DNA from: an uncultured Acidobacteriota bacterium
GTDB lineage: Bacteria; Acidobacteriota; Vicinamibacteria; Vicinamibacterales; UBA8438
Assembly (NCBI GenBank): GCA_913043225.1
Contig: CAJWLU010000015.1
Location: forward strand, 10,193-74,192
DNA length: 64,000 bases
Direction: 5' to 3'
Below, piece after piece: positions 56,341 to 64,000 of this stretch (positions are counted from its first letter, which is position 1; each line of letters starts with the position of its first letter). The position numbers and the translations under genes are program-made. The notes under the pieces were generated by a model that saw only the letters and a list, made by a program, of their open reading frames with translations, was not told the origin of the DNA and ran no database searches.

Positions 56341-58922
56341 TCCTGTTCCGACGTTTTATCGGCCGGGCGCTCTGGCGGGATCCGGTGCGGACGGCGGTCA
56401 CCGTTGCCGGTCTGACGCTCGGCGTCGCTGTGGTTCTGGCGATCCGGCTCGCCAATACCGGCTCGGTGCGCGGATTTGAACGAGCGCTCGAGTTGGTTGC
56501 GGGTCGAACCTCGCTTGAACTGGTGGGCGCTGGCGTGGGCGTGGCCGAGCCGGCGCTGGCCGAACTCGGCTGGCTCCGTGAACACGGACGCGTCAGTCCG
56601 GTTATTGACCGAACTGCCCTGGTACTGACTCCAGATGGCACCGAGTGGCCGGTTCGCGTGCTCGGCGTCGACATTCTTCGCGACCAGCCGTTCCGGGATT
56701 ACCGGCTGCTCCAGATTACCGAAGACAACCTCGACGATGTCCGCCCTCAGGATTTTCTCGAGCTGCTCGTCGATCCTGGTTCACTTATCCTGACCGAGCA
56801 GTTCGCCAGCCGCCACGGGCTCACGCTCGGCGGGCCGGCCCGGCTCGTCGTGGGCGACGTGGTCCACGAGATGTCTGTCCGAGGGCTGCTGCGAGATGAG
56901 GGGCCGGCCCGTGTCGTCGACGGCCAGCTCGCGTTGGTCGATATCGCTACCGCGCAGTGGCTCTTCGCCAGGATCGGCTGGGTGGATCGAGTCGAACTGC
57001 AACTGTTTGAGCCGGAGGCGATCGACGAGATCGAAGCGAAGGTCTCGGCGCGCCTGCCTGAGGGCGTCCAGGTGCAACGACCCGCACAGCGCGGTCGACA
57101 GGTCGAGAAGATGCTGGCCGCTTTCCACTTCAATCTCAATGCGCTCTCCTACATCGCCCTGATCGTCGGAGTGTTCCTGGTCTACAACACCGTGGCTGTC
57201 TCGGTGATCGCTCGTCGGCGTGAGATCGGCACCCTCCGGGCGTTGGGGGCGACCCGCGGGCGCGTACTGCGGCTGTTTCTCGGTGAGGCTGCCGCTTTGG
57301 CCCTAGTCGGCGCCGGTCTGGGAGCGCCTCTTGGCTGGCTTTTGGCTCAGGGGGCGGTCCGTCTGACGTCCACCACGGTCAACACACTCTATGTGACCTC
57401 GGCGGCGACCGTGCCGTCGCTCGGGCTCGCAGACCTGCTGCTTGCGTTGGGAGTGACTGTGCCGCTGGCCCTGCTAGCGGCGGCGCAACCAGCCGCCGAG
57501 GCGGCGGCAGTGCCACCCATCGACGCGGTACGTCAGATTGATCCATCGGCCCAGGCAAGGCGCGCTAGTCGTCGCCCTCAGGTCGTGGCGGCGGTCGCGT
57601 TCGCCGTGGCCGCCTGGTGCTCGACCCGTCCGCCAGTGGACGGGCTGCCGCTCTTTGGTCTCGCCGCCGCGCTGGCGGTGGTGTTGGGCGCCGCCATGTT
57701 GGTGCCGGCCCTACTGTCCTGGTTGCAGCGGGTGGGGCGCGCGCCGCTGGCGCGCTGGCTCGGCGTCGAGGGGTTGCTGGCCCACGCCAATCTTTCGGCC
57801 GCGGTATCGCGCCTGGCGGTCTCGGTGGCGGCCCTCGTCGTCAGCCTGGCCATGCTCGCCGCGATCGCCATCATGATCGGCAGTTTCCGCGAGACGGTGG
57901 CCTACTGGGTCGGGCAGACTCTTCAAGCCGACCTGTTCGTGGCGGTTGGCGATCGGGCGCCGGTTGGCGCGCCGCTGACCATCTCGGCCGATACCGAAGC
58001 CCAGCTGGCGTCACATCCCCAGGTGCGCGCGATCGATCCGTTCCGCAACGTCGACCTGCCCTATGGTCCAGACGGGGACCTCATCATTCTGGGCGCCGGC
58101 GATTTTCAGGTGCTGCTCGATTATGGCGGACTCCTGTTTAAGGCGCCCGCTGATGCCCGCACAGCCATGCGCGCGGCGGTCGATGCCGATGCAGTGGTGG
58201 TGTCGGAGGTTTTCGCGAACAAACACGGGGTGTCGGCAGGCGAATGGATCTCGCTCGACACACCGGGCGGGCGCCGTTCGTTCAAGGTGGCGGCGGTCTA
58301 CTATGACTATTCAAGTGATCGGGGGCTTGTGGTCATGGATCGTCGGACCTTCACCCGTCACTATGGGGCACTGCGCCCGACGGGGATGACGCTCTATCTG
58401 GATCCGGATGCCGACCCTGACGGGGTTCGCGACGAACTGCTCGCCGCGGCGGGCCCTGACACCCGATTGTTCATCCAAACGAATGCTACTCTTCGGCAGG
58501 AGGTCCTGCGGATCTTCGATGCCACTTTCGCCATCACTTATGCGCTCGAGGCGATCGCGATCGTCGTGGCCATCATGGGCGTGGCCGCGACCTTGTTGAC
58601 CCTCGTCCTGGAGCGCCGGCACGAGCTGGCCATGCTCCGTCTCGTTGGGGCCGGCCGGCGCCAGATTCGCCGCATGGTGATCATCGAGGCGACCCTGCTC
58701 GGCGCGTTGAGCCAGGGGCTGGGGCTCGTGGTGGGGTTCGTGCTGTCACTCATCCTCATCTACGTGATTAATGTACAGAGCTTCGGCTGGACCATCCAGT
58801 TTCATCTGCCGGTCGGGTTCCTGGCGCAGTCGACCCTCCTGGTGGCCGCGACCACCGGGCTAGCCGGTCTCTATCCGGCGGCGGTCGCCATGCGGACCTC
58901 AGGAGGAGACCGCGAACGATGA
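56337..58922 (+). CDS. ABC transporter permease, duplicated FtsX-like (AttF/G type)
   Basis: Two FtsX units (RRREIGTLRALG; ERRHELAMLRLVG), INVQSFGWT; ATGA overlap. Confidence 0.92.
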   Translation: MILFRRFIGRALWRDPVRTAVTVAGLTLGVAVVLAIRLANTGSVRGFERALELVAGRTSLELVGAGVGVAEPALAELGWLREHGRVSPVIDRTALVLTPDGTEWPVRVLGVDILRDQPFRDYRLLQITEDNLDDVRPQDFLELLVDPGSLILTEQFASRHGLTLGGPARLVVGDVVHEMSVRGLLRDEGPARVVDGQLALVDIATAQWLFARIGWVDRVELQLFEPEAIDEIEAKVSARLPEGVQVQRPAQRGRQVEKMLAAFHFNLNALSYIALIVGVFLVYNTVAVSVIARRREIGTLRALGATRGRVLRLFLGEAAALALVGAGLGAPLGWLLAQGAVRLTSTTVNTLYVTSAATVPSLGLADLLLALGVTVPLALLAAAQPAAEAAAVPPIDAVRQIDPSAQARRASRRPQVVAAVAFAVAAWCSTRPPVDGLPLFGLAAALAVVLGAAMLVPALLSWLQRVGRAPLARWLGVEGLLAHANLSAAVSRLAVSVAALVVSLAMLAAIAIMIGSFRETVAYWVGQTLQADLFVAVGDRAPVGAPLTISADTEAQLASHPQVRAIDPFRNVDLPYGPDGDLIILGAGDFQVLLDYGGLLFKAPADARTAMRAAVDADAVVVSEVFANKHGVSAGEWISLDTPGGRRSFKVAAVYYDYSSDRGLVVMDRRTFTRHYGALRPTGMTLYLDPDADPDGVRDELLAAAGPDTRLFIQTNATLRQEVLRIFDATFAITYALEAIAIVVAIMGVAATLLTLVLERRHELAMLRLVGAGRRQIRRMVIIEATLLGALSQGLGLVVGFVLSLILIYVINVQSFGWTIQFHLPVGFLAQSTLLVAATTGLAGLYPAAVAMRTSGGDRER

Positions 58923-60055
58923 GGGGGTGGCGTTTCGTTTGTGTCGTCGCGGCACTGCTAGCCGTACTGGATGTGATGGTCTCCACTGGTGTGGGCGCCC
59001 AGGACAGGGGGGCGACAACGTCCGACGGATGGCGCCAGGCCACCAGCGGCTACTCAATGGCGTTTCCGCGCGACCACGGCAGTCATCCCGACTACCGGAT
59101 CGAGTGGTGGTATTACACCGGGAATCTCGAGAGCGCCGACGGGGGGCGATACGGCTATCAGGTGACATTCTTCAGGGTCGGTGTCGACCCGGCGCCTGAG
59201 AACCCCTCGGCCTGGGCGGTCCGTGATCTGTTCATGGCCCATCTGGCCGTGACAGATGTGGACGGGGGACGGCAGTGGGTGGCCGAGCGTCTTGAGCGGG
59301 GCGGCATCGGATGGGCGGGGGCGCGCACGGGGACGCTGGAGGTCTGGAACGGAGATTGGCAGGCAGAGTTGGTGGGGGAGAGTCACAGTCTTGTCGCGTT
59401 CGATCGCGAGTTCGGCGTGGAGCTGTCACTCGACCCAGGGAAACCGCCGGTACTACATGGCGAGGCCGGTCTCAGCCAGAAGGGTGAGACGCCGGGAAAT
59501 GCGTCCCACTACTACTCCCTGACTCGCATGCCTACGACGGGCCGGCTGCTGATCGATGGCGATGAGGTTGAAGTGTTCGGGACCAGCTGGATGGACCACG
59601 AGTTCGGCACGAGTTTTCTTGAGCCCGGACAGGTGGGGTGGGACTGGTTCTCGCTGCAACTCGATGATGGTTCTGACGTGATGCTGTTCCAACTCCGTCG
59701 GAACGACGGGCGTGCGCCGCGGCTAGCTGGTACCTGGGTGGCCCCGGATGGGACCACACGCATCATCCAGCCGGGCGACATCGAACTGGCCGATGGGCGC
59801 CGCTGGACTTCGCCAGCCAGCGGGGCGGTGTATCCAGTAGAGTGGCGGCTCTCCTTGGGCGATCCCAGCGCCGAACTCGGCGTGAAGCCGATGCTCGATG
59901 CTCAGGAGCTGTATACCGAGGAGTCGACTGGCGTCACCTACTGGGAGGGGGCGGTGGAGGTGTCGGGCGAGGTCGAGGGGCGCCCGGTGCGTGGTCTCGG
60001 CTACCTGGAGATGACTGGCTATGTCGGCCGGCCGATGAGCGAATTCTTCCGCTAG
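58919..60055 (+). CDS. AttH/CrtC-like lipocalin-domain protein (carotenoid 1,2-hydratase family)
   Basis: FPRDHGSHP, EWWYYTG, SHYYS, WMDHEF, GWDWF, YWEG, GYLEMTGY. Confidence 0.9.
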   Translation: MRGWRFVCVVAALLAVLDVMVSTGVGAQDRGATTSDGWRQATSGYSMAFPRDHGSHPDYRIEWWYYTGNLESADGGRYGYQVTFFRVGVDPAPENPSAWAVRDLFMAHLAVTDVDGGRQWVAERLERGGIGWAGARTGTLEVWNGDWQAELVGESHSLVAFDREFGVELSLDPGKPPVLHGEAGLSQKGETPGNASHYYSLTRMPTTGRLLIDGDEVEVFGTSWMDHEFGTSFLEPGQVGWDWFSLQLDDGSDVMLFQLRRNDGRAPRLAGTWVAPDGTTRIIQPGDIELADGRRWTSPASGAVYPVEWRLSLGDPSAELGVKPMLDAQELYTEESTGVTYWEGAVEVSGEVEGRPVRGLGYLEMTGYVGRPMSEFFR

Positions 60056-60272
60056 CAGCGGTGGACTGTCTTCAGAAGCTGCTTCCGGACTAGGCCGAGG
60101 CGCTGATGGAGCATCGGTTCGTCGCGATTTTCCTCGAGCGCCCGTTCGAATGCGGTGCGGGTTCCGGCGAGATTGCTGGCGTCGAGGGCAGCCCAGCGCG
60201 CGAGCGGCAAGGAGCGACGGTCGCCGGGCGGGGTAGTATTAGCACCTCAGATCGACTGGAGAGGAGACACTC

Positions 60273-61517
60273 ATGACCGACCCTCTGACGCGTCGTCACT
60301 TCTTGCACGCGGCTAGCGCTGGCGCCGCCTCGGTCTGGATTCCGCGCTCGGTGCACGGCTATTCGGCAGGTGAGGTAGCCCGATCCATATCCGAGAGGCA
60401 GCACCGGGCTGGCATCTCGAAGTGGGACCTGGATACGCCCTGTCTCGTCGTCGATCTCGATGCGCTGGAGCGGAACATCGCGCAGATGCAGGCAACCATG
60501 ACCCGGAACGGCATCGCGAGCCGTCCGCACGCTAAGACCCACAAGACCCCGGCCATTGCCCGGATGCAGTTGGCTACCGGGTCGGTCGGTATTTGCACGG
60601 CCAAGGTGAGTGAGGCCGAGGTGATGTTCGAGCACGGCATCGACCAGATCCTGCTGACCACAGTGAACGTGACGGCGCCGAAGATCCGTCGGGCTATGGC
60701 GCTCCGGAACCAGTGCGACGGCTTCGTCCAGTCGGTCGATACGTCGGAGAACGCACGCGACTTGTCTGCCGCGGCCGCCGAGGCCGGTGTCACGGCCGAT
60801 GTGGTCGTCGACCTGGATCCGGGCGGCCACCGCACCGGCATCACGCCTGGGGCGCCCGCGCTGGAACTGGCCCAGCTGGTCGATTCGTTGTCGGGCCTGA
60901 CACTGTGCGGCGTGCTGTGCTACGACGGTGGCGCTCAACATGTAACCGGCTTCGCGGCTCGTAAGAGCCGGGCACTCGAGCGGCTCGAGGCGGCGGCCGA
61001 GACGAAGGTTCAGATGGATCGCTCTGGATTGGACACCCGCATCTTCAGCGGCGGCGGTACCGGGACCTACAACATCGACCATGGCACCCCCGGACTCACC
61101 GACGTGCAGGTTGGCAGCTATGTATTTATGGATGCCCAGTATCTGGGCATCGGGGGCGAGCGGGACGAGGAGGTCTATAGCGACTTCGAGCCCGCACTCA
61201 CAGTCCTGACCACCGTGTTGAACGCGCAGTACGAGGGTCGGGCCACCACCGACGCCGGCGCCAAAGCCAACACCATCAACCGGCCCTGGCCGATCGTCAA
61301 GGGCGAGACGGGCATGAGCTATACGTCCGGGTCGGACGAGTTCGGCAGCATCCGCTACGAGGACAATGCCAGTCGCATCTATCGGGTCGGCGACAAGCTG
61401 GAGGTCATCGTGTCCCACTGTGACCCGGTGGTGAACCTCTACGACCAGATGTACGGCGTTCGCGGCGACACGGTCGAAGCGATTTGGCCCATCGCCGGTC
61501 GCGGTCACAGTATCTAG
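60273..61517 (+). CDS. DSD1-family PLP enzyme (D-threonine aldolase/D-serine dehydratase-like) with Tat signal
   Basis: LTRRHFL; LDTP, RPHAKTHK, RTG, SGGGTGT, GSYVFMD, HCDPVVNLYD. Confidence 0.9.
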   Translation: MTDPLTRRHFLHAASAGAASVWIPRSVHGYSAGEVARSISERQHRAGISKWDLDTPCLVVDLDALERNIAQMQATMTRNGIASRPHAKTHKTPAIARMQLATGSVGICTAKVSEAEVMFEHGIDQILLTTVNVTAPKIRRAMALRNQCDGFVQSVDTSENARDLSAAAAEAGVTADVVVDLDPGGHRTGITPGAPALELAQLVDSLSGLTLCGVLCYDGGAQHVTGFAARKSRALERLEAAAETKVQMDRSGLDTRIFSGGGTGTYNIDHGTPGLTDVQVGSYVFMDAQYLGIGGERDEEVYSDFEPALTVLTTVLNAQYEGRATTDAGAKANTINRPWPIVKGETGMSYTSGSDEFGSIRYEDNASRIYRVGDKLEVIVSHCDPVVNLYDQMYGVRGDTVEAIWPIAGRGHSI

Positions 61518-61658
61518 CCGGTCGGCGGGGTGGACGCTAGCCCGCTGACCTTAGGGCATTGGCACATGGACCCTGTCGTGCCAATGCTTGGCGCCAAGGC
61601 CCTAACTGGGTATTGGCATCACGATTCTGGCCAATGGCTGAGTTATAATCCCACTGAC

Positions 61659-62033
61659 ATGTGGACGAAGCTCCAGAACAACCCGCGCAAGAGGGCGCCC
61701 CGCAAGGTCGCCGTAATCGATCCGTATAGCTGCTTTGGCGCGTTCGCCTGCTCGATCTGTCAGGCCGCCTGCCCGGTCGAGGACTGCATCGTCGAGGAGA
61801 AGGACGAAAACGATCGATGGGTGTGCGCGGTTCGCATCGACAAGTGTATCGGCTGCGGTTTGTGCGTCACCGTCGGTAACCCGACGGCACCCGGCAAGCG
61901 TGACTTTGGCTGCCCCGCCGACTACGACGCCATCGACATGGTGGCTTACACCGACGTGGTGGATGCGGTCGAAGAGGACATGGGTCAGGCCAAGGGCGAT
62001 GCCGAAGCAGAGGCTGGACCCGCTACCACCTAG
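61659..62033 (+). CDS. 4Fe-4S dicluster ferredoxin-like protein
   Basis: CFGAFACSICQAACP and CIGCGLC...GCP; start reassigned to ATG 61659. Confidence 0.8.
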   Translation: MWTKLQNNPRKRAPRKVAVIDPYSCFGAFACSICQAACPVEDCIVEEKDENDRWVCAVRIDKCIGCGLCVTVGNPTAPGKRDFGCPADYDAIDMVAYTDVVDAVEEDMGQAKGDAEAEAGPATT

Positions 62034-62042
62034 CGTGCGACG

Positions 62043-62525
62043 CTAGTCGATTTCTTCTAGCTCCACTAGTGGCACCCCGGGCTGTACCTGGTCGCCGACC
62101 GCACACTGCAGAGCTGTCACGCGACCTGGGCGCTTCGCCCTAATCGGCGTCTCCATCTTCATCGCTTCAAGTATCACCAGTGTGTCGCCGGAGGCGACCG
62201 TGTCGCCGGGAGCGACCCGCACATCCGTCACCGTGGCTGGTGTCGCTGCGGCGTGTGTGCCGTCGTGGTGCCCGTCGCCGCCGGCCGGCGCCTGGGTGGC
62301 GTGGGGCCATCGCACGGTGTGCCCGTCCGCCTGGCCCCAGTCGGCCGTCGATCCGCGCGCCAGCGTGACCGTCACGCGTCGTGTGCCCACCTCGACCAGG
62401 TAGCGACCCGCCCCGAGCGGTTGCACTCGCAGCGGAGTGTCTCGGTTCGGTGTGCGGACCACGGCACTGACGCCACCCTCTCCCGTCTTGAGTGACTCCA
62501 CCGTGACCTGCGGGCGTTCGGTCAT
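62043..62525 (-). CDS. Biotin carboxyl carrier subunit (BT-like plus biotinyl domain)
   Basis: LEAMKMET biotinylation motif; ATGA overlap with the biotin carboxylase. Confidence 0.9.
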   Translation of the reverse strand: MTERPQVTVESLKTGEGGVSAVVRTPNRDTPLRVQPLGAGRYLVEVGTRRVTVTLARGSTADWGQADGHTVRWPHATQAPAGGDGHHDGTHAAATPATVTDVRVAPGDTVASGDTLVILEAMKMETPIRAKRPGRVTALQCAVGDQVQPGVPLVELEEID

Positions 62526-64000
62526 GTCAGCCGCCAGCCATCGAGGGTAGTCCAGGGGGCGTCGTCCACTGCATCGACGGCATCGGTTAGACGTCGCCGG
62601 CTGAGCCGGTCGTCCACGGCCAGGGCCGCGGCCAGCGCCAACTCGATGTCGTCCTCGGGCGGTGCCGTGAGTGCATCCAGATGGGCTTCGAGAAATCCGG
62701 TGTCGACGGCGCCATGCTGGACAGCAGCATGCGCCAGCGTACGCCGAAGGAAGTCGAGGTTCGTGTGCACACCGAGGATGACGTAGCGGGCCAGGGCGAC
62801 CCGGGCGCGGGTTAGCGCTGTCGCCCGGTCTTCGGCGCAACTCACTACTTTGGCGAGCAGACCGTCGTAGTGCGGTGAGATCGAGCCTCCGGCTTCGACC
62901 GCCGCGTCCACGCGCAGGCCGGGACCCGCCGGCTCCTCGTACCGCAGGAGCCGGCCCGCATCCGGGCGGAACTGCGCCGCCGGGTCTTCGGCGTAAACCC
63001 GGCATTCCACTGCGTGTCCGCGGACCGTAATCTCTTCCTGACGCCAGGGGAGAGGCTTGCCGCTGGCAATCTCAAACTGCGCGTGCACGAGGTCTCGTCC
63101 GGTCACCGCCTCGGTAATGGGATGTTCCACCTGCAACCGGGTGTTCATCTCGAGGAACGCTATGGTCGCGTCTTCTCCAGGTTCAGACGCGTCGACGAGA
63201 AATTCGACCGTTCCGGCGTTCCGGTAGCCAGCCGCGTGGGTGGCCGCTACGGCGGCGTCGGTGAGGCGGCGTCTGACCCCCTCCTGGAGCCGGGGCGCCG
63301 GGCTTTCCTCGATCACCTTCTGGTGGCGTCGTTGCAGGGAGCAGTCCCGCTCGTGCAGATGCACGACCTGGTCATGGTCGTCGGCCAGCACCTGTACCTC
63401 GATATGGCGCGCCCGGGAGAACAGGCGCTCGACATAGAGTGTCCCGTCGCCGAAGGCGGCAGTGGCCTCTCGTCGAGCCAGCTGCACTGCCTCGGTTAGT
63501 TCGGCGTCCAGATCGCGTACGACGCGCATGCCTCGGCCTCCGCCCCCGGCCGAGGCCTTGATCAGCAGCGGCGCCCCGACGCTTCGCGCGGCCGCCATAA
63601 CCCCGGTGTCGCTCTGATCGTCTGGCGTGCCGCCTGGGACCACTGGCACCCCGGCCCGTTTCATGAGCTGTCGCGCCTCAATCTTCGAGCCGAGACGCGC
63701 GATGACTGCGGCCGGAGGGCCGATCCAGGTCAGTCCGGCACTGGACACTGCCTCGGCGAAGTCCGGGCTCTCTGACAGGAAGCCATAGCCGGGATGCACG
63801 GCATCGGCACCGGTCTCGCGGGCCGCGTCAATTAGGCGTCCGATGTCGAGATAGCTCTTCTGGGGGTGTGGGTCGCCGATGATCACACGCTGGTCGGCGA
63901 GTCTCACGTGGGGGCTGTCTTGATCGGCGGTCGAGCAGACTGCGATCGCGTCAAGTCCTCGTTCGTGGCAGGCGCGGATGATGCGGCAGGCGATTTCGCC
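62522..64000 (-). CDS. Biotin carboxylase of an acyl-CoA carboxylase (5' end outside window)
   Basis: GEIACRIIRAC from the window edge, HPGYGFLSE, GGGGRGM, ERDCSLQRRHQK, EMNTRLQVEH. Confidence 0.95.
   Translation of the reverse strand, partial: GEIACRIIRACHERGLDAIAVCSTADQDSPHVRLADQRVIIGDPHPQKSYLDIGRLIDAARETGADAVHPGYGFLSESPDFAEAVSSAGLTWIGPPAAVIARLGSKIEARQLMKRAGVPVVPGGTPDDQSDTGVMAAARSVGAPLLIKASAGGGGRGMRVVRDLDAELTEAVQLARREATAAFGDGTLYVERLFSRARHIEVQVLADDHDQVVHLHERDCSLQRRHQKVIEESPAPRLQEGVRRRLTDAAVAATHAAGYRNAGTVEFLVDASEPGEDATIAFLEMNTRLQVEHPITEAVTGRDLVHAQFEIASGKPLPWRQEEITVRGHAVECRVYAEDPAAQFRPDAGRLLRYEEPAGPGLRVDAAVEAGGSISPHYDGLLAKVVSCAEDRATALTRARVALARYVILGVHTNLDFLRRTLAHAAVQHGAVDTGFLEAHLDALTAPPEDDIELALAAALAVDDRLSRRRLTDAVDAVDDAPWTTLDGWRLT

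Noticed and set aside
58919..60055. Carotenoid biosynthesis gene crtC
   Set aside because: Context is the conserved ABC ATPase/permease/AttH trio; no crt genes nearby
60090..61508. Long antisense ORFs (also 35650..36900, 13615..14514, 15028..16008, 45378..46547, 43176..44231)
   Set aside because: Shadows of well-supported genes on the opposite strand, expected at high GC; no motifs
52308..64000. abfD plus biotin carboxylase/BCCP plus ferredoxin as a 3HP/4HB carbon-fixation locus
   Set aside because: Genes are 8-10 kb apart on different strands with unrelated genes between; no malonyl-CoA or succinyl-CoA reductase or other cycle genes in the window
1..64000. CRISPR array, tRNA/rRNA, prophage, transposase or anti-phage defence island
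   Set aside because: No spaced repeats, RNA-gene signatures, or phage or recombinase ORFs recognised; the NYN-LOTUS gene alone does not indicate a defence system

Overview
GC-rich, gene-dense bacterial chromosome segment with about 60 CDSs, mostly on the + strand. The gene families (VWA protein of the acidobacterial type, DUF1592/DUF1552, DUF6152, DUF6644, many signal-peptide 'PDLxGxW' proteins) suggest Acidobacteriota, possibly Vicinamibacteria; this is an inference. I saw no rRNA, tRNA, CRISPR array or intact transposase. Housekeeping genes include monomeric NADP-IDH, yajQ, a 1-Cys peroxiredoxin, a fatty-acid desaturase, a biotin carboxylase/BCCP pair and two FtsX/LolCDE-type ABC systems. 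Many other genes encode exported redox or hydrolytic proteins. Main points: (1) a DsbA/FrnE selenoprotein that the ORF track truncates, with in-frame TGA in a U-P-W-C motif followed by a bacterial SECIS-like hairpin; (2) a cytochrome c fused to a PHM-like copper monooxygenase keeping all six Cu ligands, coupled to cytochrome b and a Tat Mo-enzyme, with a PAL-like lyase and a glutaminyl cyclase elsewhere in the window; (3) an uncharacterised DUF6644x2/'PDLxGxW'/DUF6152 cassette behind a structured 5' leader; (4) a desaturase next to an intramembrane-sensing two-component system, with an 11-bp-period direct repeat at its promoter; (5) an orphan 4-hydroxybutyryl-CoA dehydratase; (6) a frameshifted TauD gene, a kinase relic and repeated IS-end-like motifs. 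All family calls are from motif recognition by eye; no searches were run.
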